Shown: positions 52,051 through 60,645, counted from the first letter of the stretch. The stretch is DNA of 64,000 bases from Eubacteriales bacterium (GCA_051867915.1 JBJDZJ010000191.1:5487-69486); one strand, 5' to 3'. Translations and numbers: made by a program. Notes: generated from the letters alone by a model not told the origin.

Positions 52051-52641
52051 ATGGAAAATGGCGAAAGTAGCTACCGCCGTTTCCTGGACGGAGAGGAATC
52101 GGCCTTTGATGAGGTCGTGAAGCTCTATCTGGATAATCTGATTTTTTTCATCAACCGATATGTCGGCGATACCATGTCGGCGGAAGACCTGGCGATCGAC
52201 ACCCTGACGGAACTGGTGATTCATCCCCACCGATACGATTTCAAAAGGCCGCTGAAGACCTATCTGTTCGCCATCGGAAAAAACAAGGCGATCAATTATC
52301 TAAAACGGCACCGACGGGTCGAATACACCGAAAATCCCGACAGTTTTGCCGATCTTGCCTCATTGGAGAACAGCGTCCTTGCCGATGAGCGACAGCGGGC
52401 GGTCAACCGCGCGCTGGACAGGTTGCCCGACGATATGCGGATCTGCGTGCATCTGATCTATTTTGAAAATCTCTCCTATAAGGATGCGGCGTCGGTGATG
52501 AAGAAGAATGTCAAGCAGATAGACAATCTGTTGTATCGGGCGAAGAACCGTCTTCGTCAGATGCTGTCCACCGAAAACATTCGGCTCTCCGAACCGTTTT
52601 CGGACATAGGGAACCAAGCGAAAGGCGAGACAATGAAATGA
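52051..52641 (+). CDS. RNA polymerase sigma-70 factor, ECF subfamily
   Basis: Region 2-like FDEVVKLYLDNLIFFINRYV...AEDLAIDTLTEL and region 4 HTH LSYKDAASVMKKNVKQIDNLLYRAKNRLR. Confidence 0.85.
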   Translation: MENGESSYRRFLDGEESAFDEVVKLYLDNLIFFINRYVGDTMSAEDLAIDTLTELVIHPHRYDFKRPLKTYLFAIGKNKAINYLKRHRRVEYTENPDSFADLASLENSVLADERQRAVNRALDRLPDDMRICVHLIYFENLSYKDAASVMKKNVKQIDNLLYRAKNRLRQMLSTENIRLSEPFSDIGNQAKGETMK

Positions 52642-53354
52642 GACGAACACAGGAGGAAATCTGTGCGGAGATCCGACGGCGACGGGATCTGTACAGAGAA
52701 AAAAAGCGCAGGCAGAAGCGAATCCTGATGACCACTCTGCCGGTGGTCTGCCTGGCTGTTGTGATGGCAGGGGGACTTTGGAAAATTGCCGCTCCGTGCA
52801 TACTGTCGGATCATATTGGGGAGTCGACCACCGCCGCTTTTGACGGAGACTGTCAGGCAGTTTCAACCATGAAAACCGCTTTGGACGCCCCCGGCGAGGC
52901 ACTGCCCCAACCGACTTCGGACGGTACGGATGGCGAAGTGCCGGAACCGGTCGGTCCGTCAGAATCGGGAGATGTCTCCGATTCCGATCCCACAGGGGGG
53001 TTGGAGGGGGAAGAAATGACCTTTGAAGATCTGCTGATGCAGTGGGACTGCGTTTCGAAAATGAGCCTGACCGATTACCGCATCGGACGGTCGGAAACCC
53101 TTGAGGGAACAGTCTGTCAGGAGCTTCTGGAGGAGGTTCTGTATCCCGTTTTGATCCGTTCAACCGTCGGGGAATTTGATCCGTCACTCTGTTTTGCGGA
53201 GTTGATTCTGACTCTGTACGATGGCGGGAGTCTGACGGTATCCTTCTATGAAGACGGCGGACTTACTCTGGACGGGGAACCGTTTCAGACCGACGCCGAG
53301 GGAATGGCACAGATTGGCAAACTGGCGGACTCGGTATTCGAACAGAACGGCTGA
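52638..53354 (+). CDS. Single-pass membrane protein, positional anti-sigma factor candidate
   Basis: The ATG overlaps the sigma gene stop (ATGA). It has a basic 30-aa N-terminus, TM LMTTLPVVCLAVVMAGGLW and a ~190-aa external part. No zinc-ASD (HxxxCxxC) motif is visible, so the function is inferred from position only. Confidence 0.5.
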   Translation: MRRTQEEICAEIRRRRDLYREKKRRQKRILMTTLPVVCLAVVMAGGLWKIAAPCILSDHIGESTTAAFDGDCQAVSTMKTALDAPGEALPQPTSDGTDGEVPEPVGPSESGDVSDSDPTGGLEGEEMTFEDLLMQWDCVSKMSLTDYRIGRSETLEGTVCQELLEEVLYPVLIRSTVGEFDPSLCFAELILTLYDGGSLTVSFYEDGGLTLDGEPFQTDAEGMAQIGKLADSVFEQNG

Positions 53355-53467
53355 ATCCGTATGAAAGGTGGAAAAGTTTTTGCCTTGGCAGTTCCCGCAA
53401 CTGCCAGTCCGGAAAAGCCGGAACCGGCTCCAAACTTTCGCAATATTTGAAAGGAATGGTCATAACA

Positions 53468-54799
53468 ATGAAACATCAACTGTTGAAAAGCACCGTCAGC
53501 ACACTTTTGTGCGGCATCCTGCTGTCTGGACTTGCCGCCTGCGATGATGTCGAAGAGACTCAGACAACCCAAACCCAAACCGATCTTCTGATCGGAGCAC
53601 TGCCTCCGGTCGAGGTTATTCGGGCAAAGAATCTGACCGAAGAGATTCAATCCTATTTGGGTCTGGCGCCTTTCGAACCTAGCGAGGAGTTTGTCAGCGC
53701 ACAGGCCAAATTTGCGGTGGAACTGTTTCAAAACAGCTATCAAAGCGGAGAAAATACCCTGATTTCGCCCCTGTCCGCCATGCTGGCTCTTGCCATGACG
53801 GCAAACGGGGCGGCAGGCGAGACTCAAAGACAGATGCTGGAGGTCCTTTCCGACGGGATGGGCCGGAAGGCGTTCAATGAACAGATTTATAGTTACCGGG
53901 TCCGTCTTCCGGAAAATGATCGGGTCAAGCTGACCCTCGCCGACAGCATCTGGCTTCGGGACCGGGAAGACTTTTCGGTGAAGGAGAGCTTCCTGTATGA
54001 TCTGGTGGGCTATTTCAATGCAGAGGCATTTTTGGCGCCCTTCGACGACGGGACCCTTGAGGACATCAACCTTTGGATCAAACAGAACACAGGCGGGCTG
54101 ATTGAAAATGCGTTGGATAGAATTGACACCGACACCTTGCTCTATCTCATCAATACCCTGTATTTTGATGCTGAGTGGGCAGAGCCATATACCGAAAACG
54201 CAGTTCAGAAAGGAACCTTTACCAACCGGGACGGAAGCCAAGTGACGGCAGATTTCATGCACTCACAGGAGTGGAGCTATCTGTGCGACGGCACCTTTGA
54301 GGGATTTTCAAAGAACTATGCCGGCGGTGACTACTCCTTTGTGGCGCTTCTTCCTGTAGACGGGTCGGGTACCGACCCGGATGCCGGTCTTGCCGACCTC
54401 ACAGGGGAGAAATTGCAGTCCCTTCTGTCCTGTGCCAAGAGGGAGAAGGTCATCGCCGCCCTGCCGAAATTCAGCGTGGATTTCTCTGTGCTGCTCAACG
54501 ATGCCCTTATTCAGATGGGAATGTCCGACGCCTTTAACTCCTCAGCCGCCGATTTTTCGGCAATGTCGGACCGTGATCTGTATATCGGTCGGGTTATTCA
54601 CAAAACCCACATCACGGTAGCCGAGCAGGGAACCGTAGCGGGAGCGGTTACCATTGTGGAAATGGACGAAGAATGTGTGGATGATCCGGATGAGGTGGTC
54701 CACGAGATCACGCTGGATCGCCCGTTTGTCTACCTGATCGTGGACAATCACACCAATCTCCCGATCTTTATGGGTGTTATGAACCAAATGGAAGGATAA
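53468..54799 (+). CDS. Serpin (I4 family serine protease inhibitor) lipoprotein
   Basis: Lipobox LLSGLAAC. Serpin N-terminal block FAVELFQNSYQSGENTLISPLSAMLALAMTANGAAGETQRQM. Hinge EQGTVAGAVT and C-terminal LDRPFVYLIVD...PIFMG. Confidence 0.85.
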   Translation: MKHQLLKSTVSTLLCGILLSGLAACDDVEETQTTQTQTDLLIGALPPVEVIRAKNLTEEIQSYLGLAPFEPSEEFVSAQAKFAVELFQNSYQSGENTLISPLSAMLALAMTANGAAGETQRQMLEVLSDGMGRKAFNEQIYSYRVRLPENDRVKLTLADSIWLRDREDFSVKESFLYDLVGYFNAEAFLAPFDDGTLEDINLWIKQNTGGLIENALDRIDTDTLLYLINTLYFDAEWAEPYTENAVQKGTFTNRDGSQVTADFMHSQEWSYLCDGTFEGFSKNYAGGDYSFVALLPVDGSGTDPDAGLADLTGEKLQSLLSCAKREKVIAALPKFSVDFSVLLNDALIQMGMSDAFNSSAADFSAMSDRDLYIGRVIHKTHITVAEQGTVAGAVTIVEMDEECVDDPDEVVHEITLDRPFVYLIVDNHTNLPIFMGVMNQMEG

Positions 54800-54803
54800 A
54801 GAC

Positions 54804-54841
54804 CTTTCACCCCGGACAGATTATGTCCGGGGTGAAAGTTT
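54804..54841 (+). terminator. Rho-independent terminator after the serpin gene
   Basis: 15-bp stem CTTTCACCCCGGACA / TGTCCGGGGTGAAAG with a 5-nt loop, followed by a short T-run (TTTGG). Confidence 0.7.
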
Positions 54842-54843
54842 GG

Positions 54844-55050
54844 ATGCGGTATGAAAATCTTTGTGCGCTGATCAGGGGCAGTTCGGGGAGCCGACGGTTC
54901 TTCTTTACGCTGTCCGTGGAGGATCAGCTTGCCATGCAGTCCTACGGCGATTTTATCCATACGGCGGAGGATCTGCATCGCTATGCCGATGCGGCAAAGG
55001 AGGATCGCCGCCGCAGAAGGCTGTCGGGATATTGTGACAGGGAGCAATAA
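54844..55050 (+). CDS. Doubtful small ORF (68 aa), no recognisable family
   Basis: MRYENLCALIRGSS...HRYADAAKEDRRRRRL. It has a weak RBS-like GGTGA and a hairpin with T-rich tail downstream (55103-55140). Nothing else supports it. Confidence 0.2.
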   Translation: MRYENLCALIRGSSGSRRFFFTLSVEDQLAMQSYGDFIHTAEDLHRYADAAKEDRRRRRLSGYCDREQ

Positions 55051-55102
55051 CAAGAACTGCCCGAAAAGGGAAACACAGACGGATATGCTCGAAGCGGGAG
55101 GA

Positions 55103-55130
55103 GACCTTCGTCGGTTTTCCGACGAAGGTC
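55103..55130. terminator. Stem-loop between the small ORF and the convergent HMA gene
   Basis: 12-bp stem GACCTTCGTCGG tttt CCGACGAAGGTC. There is a T-rich tail on the plus strand only (TTCCTTATTTCC), which overlaps the HMA gene stop. Confidence 0.4.
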
Positions 55131-55134
55131 TTCC

Positions 55135-55389
55135 TTATTTCCGAAAGCCGAACAGTCCCTTTTTCTCGTAAGGCTCCTTGGTGACGCCGATCAGACGGTA
55201 TCCGATTTTCTCCAGCGCCGAGCGGAGCGTTTCTTCATCCACATCCTGTTCGCACAGGATCACCGTCTCCCCCTTGCTGTGGGACGAAGTCACCTTCTTC
55301 ACCTTAAGGGCATTGCGAACGGCGTCGTTTACATGGGATTCGCACATGGGACACATCATCCCGTCGATTTTGAGTACGATCTTTTTCAT
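55135..55389 (-). CDS. Heavy-metal-associated (HMA) domain metallochaperone-like protein (CopZ-like)
   Basis: MKKIVLKIDGMMCPMCESHVNDAV contains the GMxCxxC metal-binding motif. Start preceded by AAGGAGGAA. Confidence 0.8.
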   Translation of the reverse strand: MKKIVLKIDGMMCPMCESHVNDAVRNALKVKKVTSSHSKGETVILCEQDVDEETLRSALEKIGYRLIGVTKEPYEKKGLFGFRK

Positions 55390-55408
55390 CGGTTGGTTCC
55401 TCCTTATT

Positions 55409-55426
55409 TTAGTTAGCATTAACTAA
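55409..55426. promoter_or_regulatory. Perfect inverted repeat (possible operator) just upstream of the HMA gene RBS
   Basis: TTAGTTA gcat TAACTAA read directly. Its position between the promoter region and the RBS suggests a repressor site. No regulator gene is adjacent. Confidence 0.3.
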
Positions 55427-55566
55427 CCTATGTTTTACCACATTCGGCGGGAAAAGTCAAGAGGATTCGCGAAATTTTCTGCAGAAAATCCGAAACGGTT
55501 CGCCCGGCTTGACAATCACCGCCCGATGGCGGGGCTCCCGTTATAAACAAATTCACAAGATTCCTC

Positions 55567-55595
55567 TTGCAATCGCGCGAAAAGTATGATATAAT
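55567..55595 (+). promoter_or_regulatory. Candidate distal promoter upstream of the GH92 gene
   Basis: TTGCAA (55567-55572), 17 nt, TATAAT (55590-55595). Confidence 0.5.
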
Positions 55596-55688
55596 CATTT
55601 CAAAACCCGATTTCGCCGTTCCGACCGATAATGTGGGGATTTTTGAGCCTGAATCCGCTATTTTTGAATGGATTTGAAGGCGTAAAAC

Positions 55689-55697
55689 TGGTATAAT
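55689..55697 (+). promoter_or_regulatory. Candidate proximal extended -10 promoter of the GH92 gene
   Basis: TGgTATAAT, 37 nt upstream of the ATG. No good -35. Confidence 0.45.
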
Positions 55698-55733
55698 AGA
55701 AACACTGTAATTCAATGCGAAAGGAACCTGTCT

Positions 55734-58700
55734 ATGAAAAAAACGACACAAATCCTGTCAGCCCTTCTGTCCGGACTGCTGGCACTCGCTCCCCTGTCGG
55801 CACTGGGCCCCTTCTCCTTTGCCGCCTCCGGCAGTGAGGACATACCGGACAAACTTCTGTTCTCCTCTTCCTTTGAGTCAACCGATCCTGCCCCCCTGAA
55901 ATCGGTGTCGGACAACGGTTACTACAACAATGTGGAGCTGTTCGAAGTCGTATCCGAAATCGACGGCGAGTTTACGGATTCCGTTCTGATAGACAGCATC
56001 GCCGGAAGCAGCGATTACAAGGATGCCGAAAGTAAGAAAATGCTGTTCGACAAATCGCTGTCTACCAAGTTTCTGACCGAAAAGAATCCCTCGGCGAACG
56101 ATCCCGTGTGGGTTTCCTTCTCTTTGGTCAGCCCTCAGGTAGTGGGCATCTATGCCATCACCTCCGCCAACGATGAGGACGGCAGAGATCCCAAGGCATG
56201 GACGCTGTACGGATCGGCCGACGGTAAGAACTATGTGGAACTGGACAGCCGCTCCGGTCAGAAATTTACCGGCAGAGGTCAGTTGGTGGTCTATGAGATT
56301 GAGAACAACACGGCCGCTTATCAGTATTACAAGCTGGAAATCACCCAGAACAACGGCGCAGGCATGACTCAGCTTGCCGATCTTCGGCTGGGTACCGGCA
56401 TTCCGAGCGGAGCCGAAGATACCCAGGATTCGCCTATGACCACCGTAGTGGGAAGCGGTCCCAATTCCTCCTGGAACAAGTCGGGCGCATTCGACGGCTC
56501 CCGAGCCCTTGCGGTTTACGGCAAGCAGACGCAGAAGACCGACACCTACGCCCGTAACCTTCTTTACAGCGGACTGAACATCCCGGTTACTGCCCATACG
56601 AACCTTTCCTATGTTCATTTTCCCGCACTGTCGGACGGCTCGACCTACGACTATGAATACACCTCCATGCATCTGGCGCTGGATGTGAAATTTACCGACG
56701 GCAGTTATCTGTCCGAGCTTTCTGCTGTCGATCAGAACGGATTCGGCATGGATCCCGTTTCCAAGGGCGAGTCGGATGCCCTGTTCACCATGCAGTGGAA
56801 CTACATCGAGACCTGCCTCGGCGATGTGGCAGAAGGCAAAACCATCGACAGTCTGTATGTCTACTTCCGTATGGATGAGTCCACCACTGCCGCAAAGTTT
56901 ATGGCATACTTTGACGACATCGTCATCGAGGATAAGACCCCCGTTACATACGAGCATCTCTCCGACTATATCGTCACTACCCGGGGAACCAACTGCACCA
57001 CATCCTTCTCCAGAGGCCTGACCACCCCCTTCTGTGCCATGCCTAACGGCTTCAACTTCTATACGCCGGTTACCGAGGTGGGTTCCAATCAGCCCTATCA
57101 CTATCAGAACAATACCATCTATCAGTTCTCGGTTTCCCATGTCCCCTCCACATGGGTGGGCGACTACGGAACCTGGCAGTTTATGGCAAATACATCGGTG
57201 GATCCCGAAAATATGACCGACAGTTCCATCTCCTCTTCCAATGTGGGCGCAACCTTTGACCATGACAACGAGGTCGCAAAGGCGCACTATTACAGCGTCA
57301 CCTTTGACGAAGGCTCCAAGGCATCGGGCGTTCGGGTGGAGATGACCCCCACCGTTCACGGTGTCTATGTGCGTTTCACCTTCCCGGAAGGAAGCGACAA
57401 TGTCAATGTAATCTTCGACTGCGTCAGAGCAAGCGGCAGTGTGGCGGTAAAAGCGGACGGCAGCTTTACGGCGGTCAGCAAGCATACCGAAAGAGGTTCG
57501 GGCAACCTTCAGGTCTGCGGTACCTTCGATCAGACCCCTCTGTCGGTACATAAGTCTTCCAACGGGAAGACCGCTATGGTGACCTTCCCCGAAGGAACCA
57601 CCGAGGTTACCATGAAGTTTGCAACCTCCTTCCTGTCGCAAAATCAGGCATCTCACAATCTGGAGCTGGAGATTCCCGACGGCGAGACCTTTGATACCGT
57701 CTTTGCCAAGGCACAGCAGGCGTGGGACGACATCTGCGGCATCATTGAAATCGAGGGTGCCTCCTACACTCAGATGACCACCTTCTATTCCTGTATGTAC
57801 CGTCTCTATTCCTATCCCAATCTGTACAGTGAGAACAAGGGAACCAATGAGGAACCCGAATGGGTATATGCCAGCCCCTATCATAACGGGAAGGAAACCG
57901 CAGGAAAACTGTATGTCAACAACGGATTCTGGGATACCTACCGTACCGCATGGGCGGCTTATGCGCTCCTGACTCCCACCCTTGACGGGGAACTGCTGAA
58001 CGGTCTGCTCACTCACTACGAGGATAACGGCTGGATCCCCCGTTGGGTGGCTCCCGGCGGCACCAGCTCCATGCTGGGAACCAGCTCGGATATTATCTTC
58101 GCCGACGCTTATGTAAAGGGCATTGAATTCGATATCGAAACCGCCTTTGAATCCATGCTCCGCAATGCTTCCACCGTGTCCACGAACACCGCCAACGGAG
58201 GCAGAGAAGAGAACAATACCGCACCCTTCGTCGGCTATGTTTCCAATGCTGTGGGCTCCGGCTTCTCCTGGTCCATGGAGGACTACATTTCCGACTACTG
58301 CATCGGCGTCATGGCAGAGATGCTCGGCAAGACCGATGAGGCAGAATACTACTATAACCGTGCCAGATTCTACACCATTCTCTATAACGAGAATGTCGGC
58401 TTCTTCATGGGTATGAACTCCGCCGGCAACTGGACCTACGGCTCCGATTACAGTCCCTCCTGGTGGTGGGGTGACTACACCGAGACCAACGGCTGGACCA
58501 TGACCTTCGCCCCCGTCTTCGACGGGAACGGACTTGCAACGCTTTTCGGCGGCAAGGAGGCGCTGGCAAAGAAGCTGGACAGCTACTTTGACAACAGCAT
58601 CACTGCCATGAAGCAGGTTCAGTCCGGCTCCATTCACGAAATGGTAGAGGCCAGAGAGGTTCGTCTGGGACAGTACGGACACTCCAATCAGCCTGCCCAT

Positions 58701-59822
58701 GCCATCCCTTATCTGTACGCCTATGCCGATCAGCCCTACAAAACCCAGGCACTGGTCCGGGATATTCTGGATCGCCTGTATGTTGGCTCCGAAATCGGTC
58801 AGGGATACTGCGGAGATGAGGACAACGGCGAAATGTCTGGCTGGTACATCCTGTCCTCTCTGGGCATTTATCCCCAGAATATGGGCAGCGGACAGTACAT
58901 CATCGGCGCCCCCCTGTTCGATAAGGCAACGGTGCATCTGGAAAACGGCAAGGATCTGGTGATTATCGCCGAAAACAACTCTTCCGAGAATGTCTACATT
59001 CAGTCGGCAACCCTGAACGGCGAAGCCTTCAACAGCTGCTACATTGATCACAGCACCCTTCTTGAAGGCGGCACGCTGTCCTTCGTCATGGGTAATCAGC
59101 CTTCCACCTTCGGTGTGGACAGCGATCCCAAGTCGCTGACTGCGGAAGGGAAGTCTCCCGCTCCCATTACCGATCTGATCATTCCGACCGGCAGATCCAA
59201 AACCTCCATTCAGGATGCGGCATTTGATCCGGCGAAGGCGGCAGTTTACTGTCAGGATATTACCAATTATCGGAACCTCTTTGACAACGACAGCACCAGC
59301 ACAGCCAAAATGGCTGCCGGCGGTACGGTTGTCTGGTCTTCCAAGAGCGGAACCTCTCTGAGCATGATTACCCTGACCTGCGGCGTCAAGCGGGCGGGAT
59401 CAGCACCGAAGGCCTTCACGCTGGAGGCATCCAACGACGGCGTCAACTGGAAGACGCTGATCGAAAAGACCGATCTGGTCTACAATTGGGATAACTATAT
59501 CATGCCCTTCGCCATTCCCGACGATGCGGCAGGCGTCTACCTCTACTACCGTCTGACCTTCCCCTCGGGCGGAACATTGGGCGAGATCGAATTGCTGGGT
59601 GAGAGTGCGGCGGATGCCGAGCTGACGCCCATTGAGCCCTCAGCCGATCCCGATACTCCCGTTGATCCGGAGGAACCCGGTGTCAATCCCGCTGATCCCA
59701 CGGAACCCGACGACAATAAGTCCATCGTTCCGATGATCCTGATCATTGTCGGTGCTGTCCTTATTGCAGGCGGTATCGCCGTCGTCATCCTGTTTGTTGC
59801 GAAAAAGAAGAAACAACAGTAA
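55734..59822 (+). CDS. GH92 family alpha-mannosidase-like glycoside hydrolase with N- and C-terminal F5/8 type C (discoidin) domains and a C-terminal TM tail-anchor
   Basis: Signal peptide. GH92 C-terminal signatures GQYGHSNQPAHAIPYLYAY and GYCGDEDNGEMSGWYILSSLGIYP. Discoidin-like blocks (WVSFSL...ITSANDEDGRDPKAWTLYGSADGKNY...YYKLEI, and FTLEASNDGVNWKTL...YYRLTF). The end reads SIVPMILIIVGAVLIAGGIAVVILFVAKKKKQQ. Confidence 0.9.
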   Translation: MKKTTQILSALLSGLLALAPLSALGPFSFAASGSEDIPDKLLFSSSFESTDPAPLKSVSDNGYYNNVELFEVVSEIDGEFTDSVLIDSIAGSSDYKDAESKKMLFDKSLSTKFLTEKNPSANDPVWVSFSLVSPQVVGIYAITSANDEDGRDPKAWTLYGSADGKNYVELDSRSGQKFTGRGQLVVYEIENNTAAYQYYKLEITQNNGAGMTQLADLRLGTGIPSGAEDTQDSPMTTVVGSGPNSSWNKSGAFDGSRALAVYGKQTQKTDTYARNLLYSGLNIPVTAHTNLSYVHFPALSDGSTYDYEYTSMHLALDVKFTDGSYLSELSAVDQNGFGMDPVSKGESDALFTMQWNYIETCLGDVAEGKTIDSLYVYFRMDESTTAAKFMAYFDDIVIEDKTPVTYEHLSDYIVTTRGTNCTTSFSRGLTTPFCAMPNGFNFYTPVTEVGSNQPYHYQNNTIYQFSVSHVPSTWVGDYGTWQFMANTSVDPENMTDSSISSSNVGATFDHDNEVAKAHYYSVTFDEGSKASGVRVEMTPTVHGVYVRFTFPEGSDNVNVIFDCVRASGSVAVKADGSFTAVSKHTERGSGNLQVCGTFDQTPLSVHKSSNGKTAMVTFPEGTTEVTMKFATSFLSQNQASHNLELEIPDGETFDTVFAKAQQAWDDICGIIEIEGASYTQMTTFYSCMYRLYSYPNLYSENKGTNEEPEWVYASPYHNGKETAGKLYVNNGFWDTYRTAWAAYALLTPTLDGELLNGLLTHYEDNGWIPRWVAPGGTSSMLGTSSDIIFADAYVKGIEFDIETAFESMLRNASTVSTNTANGGREENNTAPFVGYVSNAVGSGFSWSMEDYISDYCIGVMAEMLGKTDEAEYYYNRARFYTILYNENVGFFMGMNSAGNWTYGSDYSPSWWWGDYTETNGWTMTFAPVFDGNGLATLFGGKEALAKKLDSYFDNSITAMKQVQSGSIHEMVEAREVRLGQYGHSNQPAHAIPYLYAYADQPYKTQALVRDILDRLYVGSEIGQGYCGDEDNGEMSGWYILSSLGIYPQNMGSGQYIIGAPLFDKATVHLENGKDLVIIAENNSSENVYIQSATLNGEAFNSCYIDHSTLLEGGTLSFVMGNQPSTFGVDSDPKSLTAEGKSPAPITDLIIPTGRSKTSIQDAAFDPAKAAVYCQDITNYRNLFDNDSTSTAKMAAGGTVVWSSKSGTSLSMITLTCGVKRAGSAPKAFTLEASNDGVNWKTLIEKTDLVYNWDNYIMPFAIPDDAAGVYLYYRLTFPSGGTLGEIELLGESAADAELTPIEPSADPDTPVDPEEPGVNPADPTEPDDNKSIVPMILIIVGAVLIAGGIAVVILFVAKKKKQQ

Positions 59823-59840
59823 AACCGAATATTCGGGGAA

Positions 59841-59890
59841 AACTCCTCCGCCTGGCGCAATATGCGCCAGGCGGAGGAGTTCTTTGTGTG
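59841..59890 (+). terminator. Rho-independent terminator after the GH92 gene
   Basis: 19-bp perfect stem AACTCCTCCGCCTGGCGCA ata TGCGCCAGGCGGAGGAGTT followed by CTTTGTGTG. Confidence 0.75.
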
Positions 59891-60054
59891 GAATGCGCAT
59901 GAAAATCCAAAGATTTTGGTGAAAATGCCCATGGTATTTTCATGCAAAAAGTGGTATAATATAGAAAAGGAAATGCGCATCTTTGAGCAATTTAATGGGA
60001 AAGATCGGCGTTTCTACGGCTTTTTCGGATGAGATGCGAAAGGAGTGCCACTGT

Positions 60055-60579
60055 ATGAAATTGGAAATCGGCTCTATGCTGGTGTACGGATCCAGAGGAG
60101 TCTGCAAGGTCGAGGATATTAAAAAAGAGCGTTTTGTCAGTCAGGAACGGGAATACTATCTGCTTCGGCCCATGGACGATGTCAAATCGCTGATCTATGT
60201 TCCCGTGGACAGCGATCGGCTGGAAAAGCAGGTCCGCAAGGTTCTGACTCCGGGCGAAATTGATCATCTGATTTCCATTATGCCCAATGAGGCGGCGCCG
60301 TGGATCGAGGAAAACCGGGCAAGAGCGGAATTTTTTAAGTCGGTGATGGAAAGCGGAAACCGGGAACAGATGGTTCAGATCATCAAGACCCTGTATCTGC
60401 GCAGGCAGGAGCTGGCGGCAGTGGGAAAACGGCTGAATGTGGCCGACGAGACGGTGCTTTCCAGATTGGAAAAACTGCTGTATGATGAGTTTGCACTGGT
60501 GCTGAATATCCGTCCGGATGAGGTTCTGCCCTTTATTCAGGAAAAACTCCGGGGAGAGCAGGGCGAAAACGCCGGATAA
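60055..60579 (+). CDS. CarD/CdnL-like RNA-polymerase-binding transcriptional regulator
   Basis: MKLEIGSMLVYGSRGVCKVEDIKKERF...REYYLLRP (CarD_CdnL_TRCF N-domain pattern). ATG 9 nt after AAAGGAG. Extended -10 TGGTATAAT at 59952-59960. Confidence 0.8.
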   Translation: MKLEIGSMLVYGSRGVCKVEDIKKERFVSQEREYYLLRPMDDVKSLIYVPVDSDRLEKQVRKVLTPGEIDHLISIMPNEAAPWIEENRARAEFFKSVMESGNREQMVQIIKTLYLRRQELAAVGKRLNVADETVLSRLEKLLYDEFALVLNIRPDEVLPFIQEKLRGEQGENAG

Positions 60580-60606
60580 GAGGGTAAGCGGATATCAAAT
60601 TATAGA

Positions 60607-60645
60607 ACTGCGGCAAAAGCAGTATCATTCTGCTTTTGCCGCAGT
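60607..60645. terminator. Stem-loop between the CarD-like gene and the convergent small gene
   Basis: 16-bp stem ACTGCGGCAAAAGCAG / CTGCTTTTGCCGCAGT. The flanking T-runs are weak on both strands. Confidence 0.5.

Noticed and set aside
52638-53354. A firm anti-sigma factor call for the gene after the ECF sigma.
   Set aside because: The cytoplasmic part is only ~30 aa and lacks a recognisable anti-sigma domain or zinc motif. It is kept only as a positional candidate with reduced confidence.
55878-59051. 1057-aa minus-strand ORF opposite the GH92 gene. Also 42558..44000, 44223..45191 and 46617..48293, opposite the GLUG and SGNH genes.
   Set aside because: These are shadow ORFs. The sense strands carry GH92, GLUG and GDSL signatures with signal peptides and RBSs.
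42657-59822. Sortase (LPXTG) anchoring of the giant surface proteins.
   Set aside because: I read the ~40 residues upstream of each C-terminal TM helix and found no LPXTG/NPQTN-like motif. LPSWAY in the 1258-aa protein does not fit. These look like simple tail-anchors.
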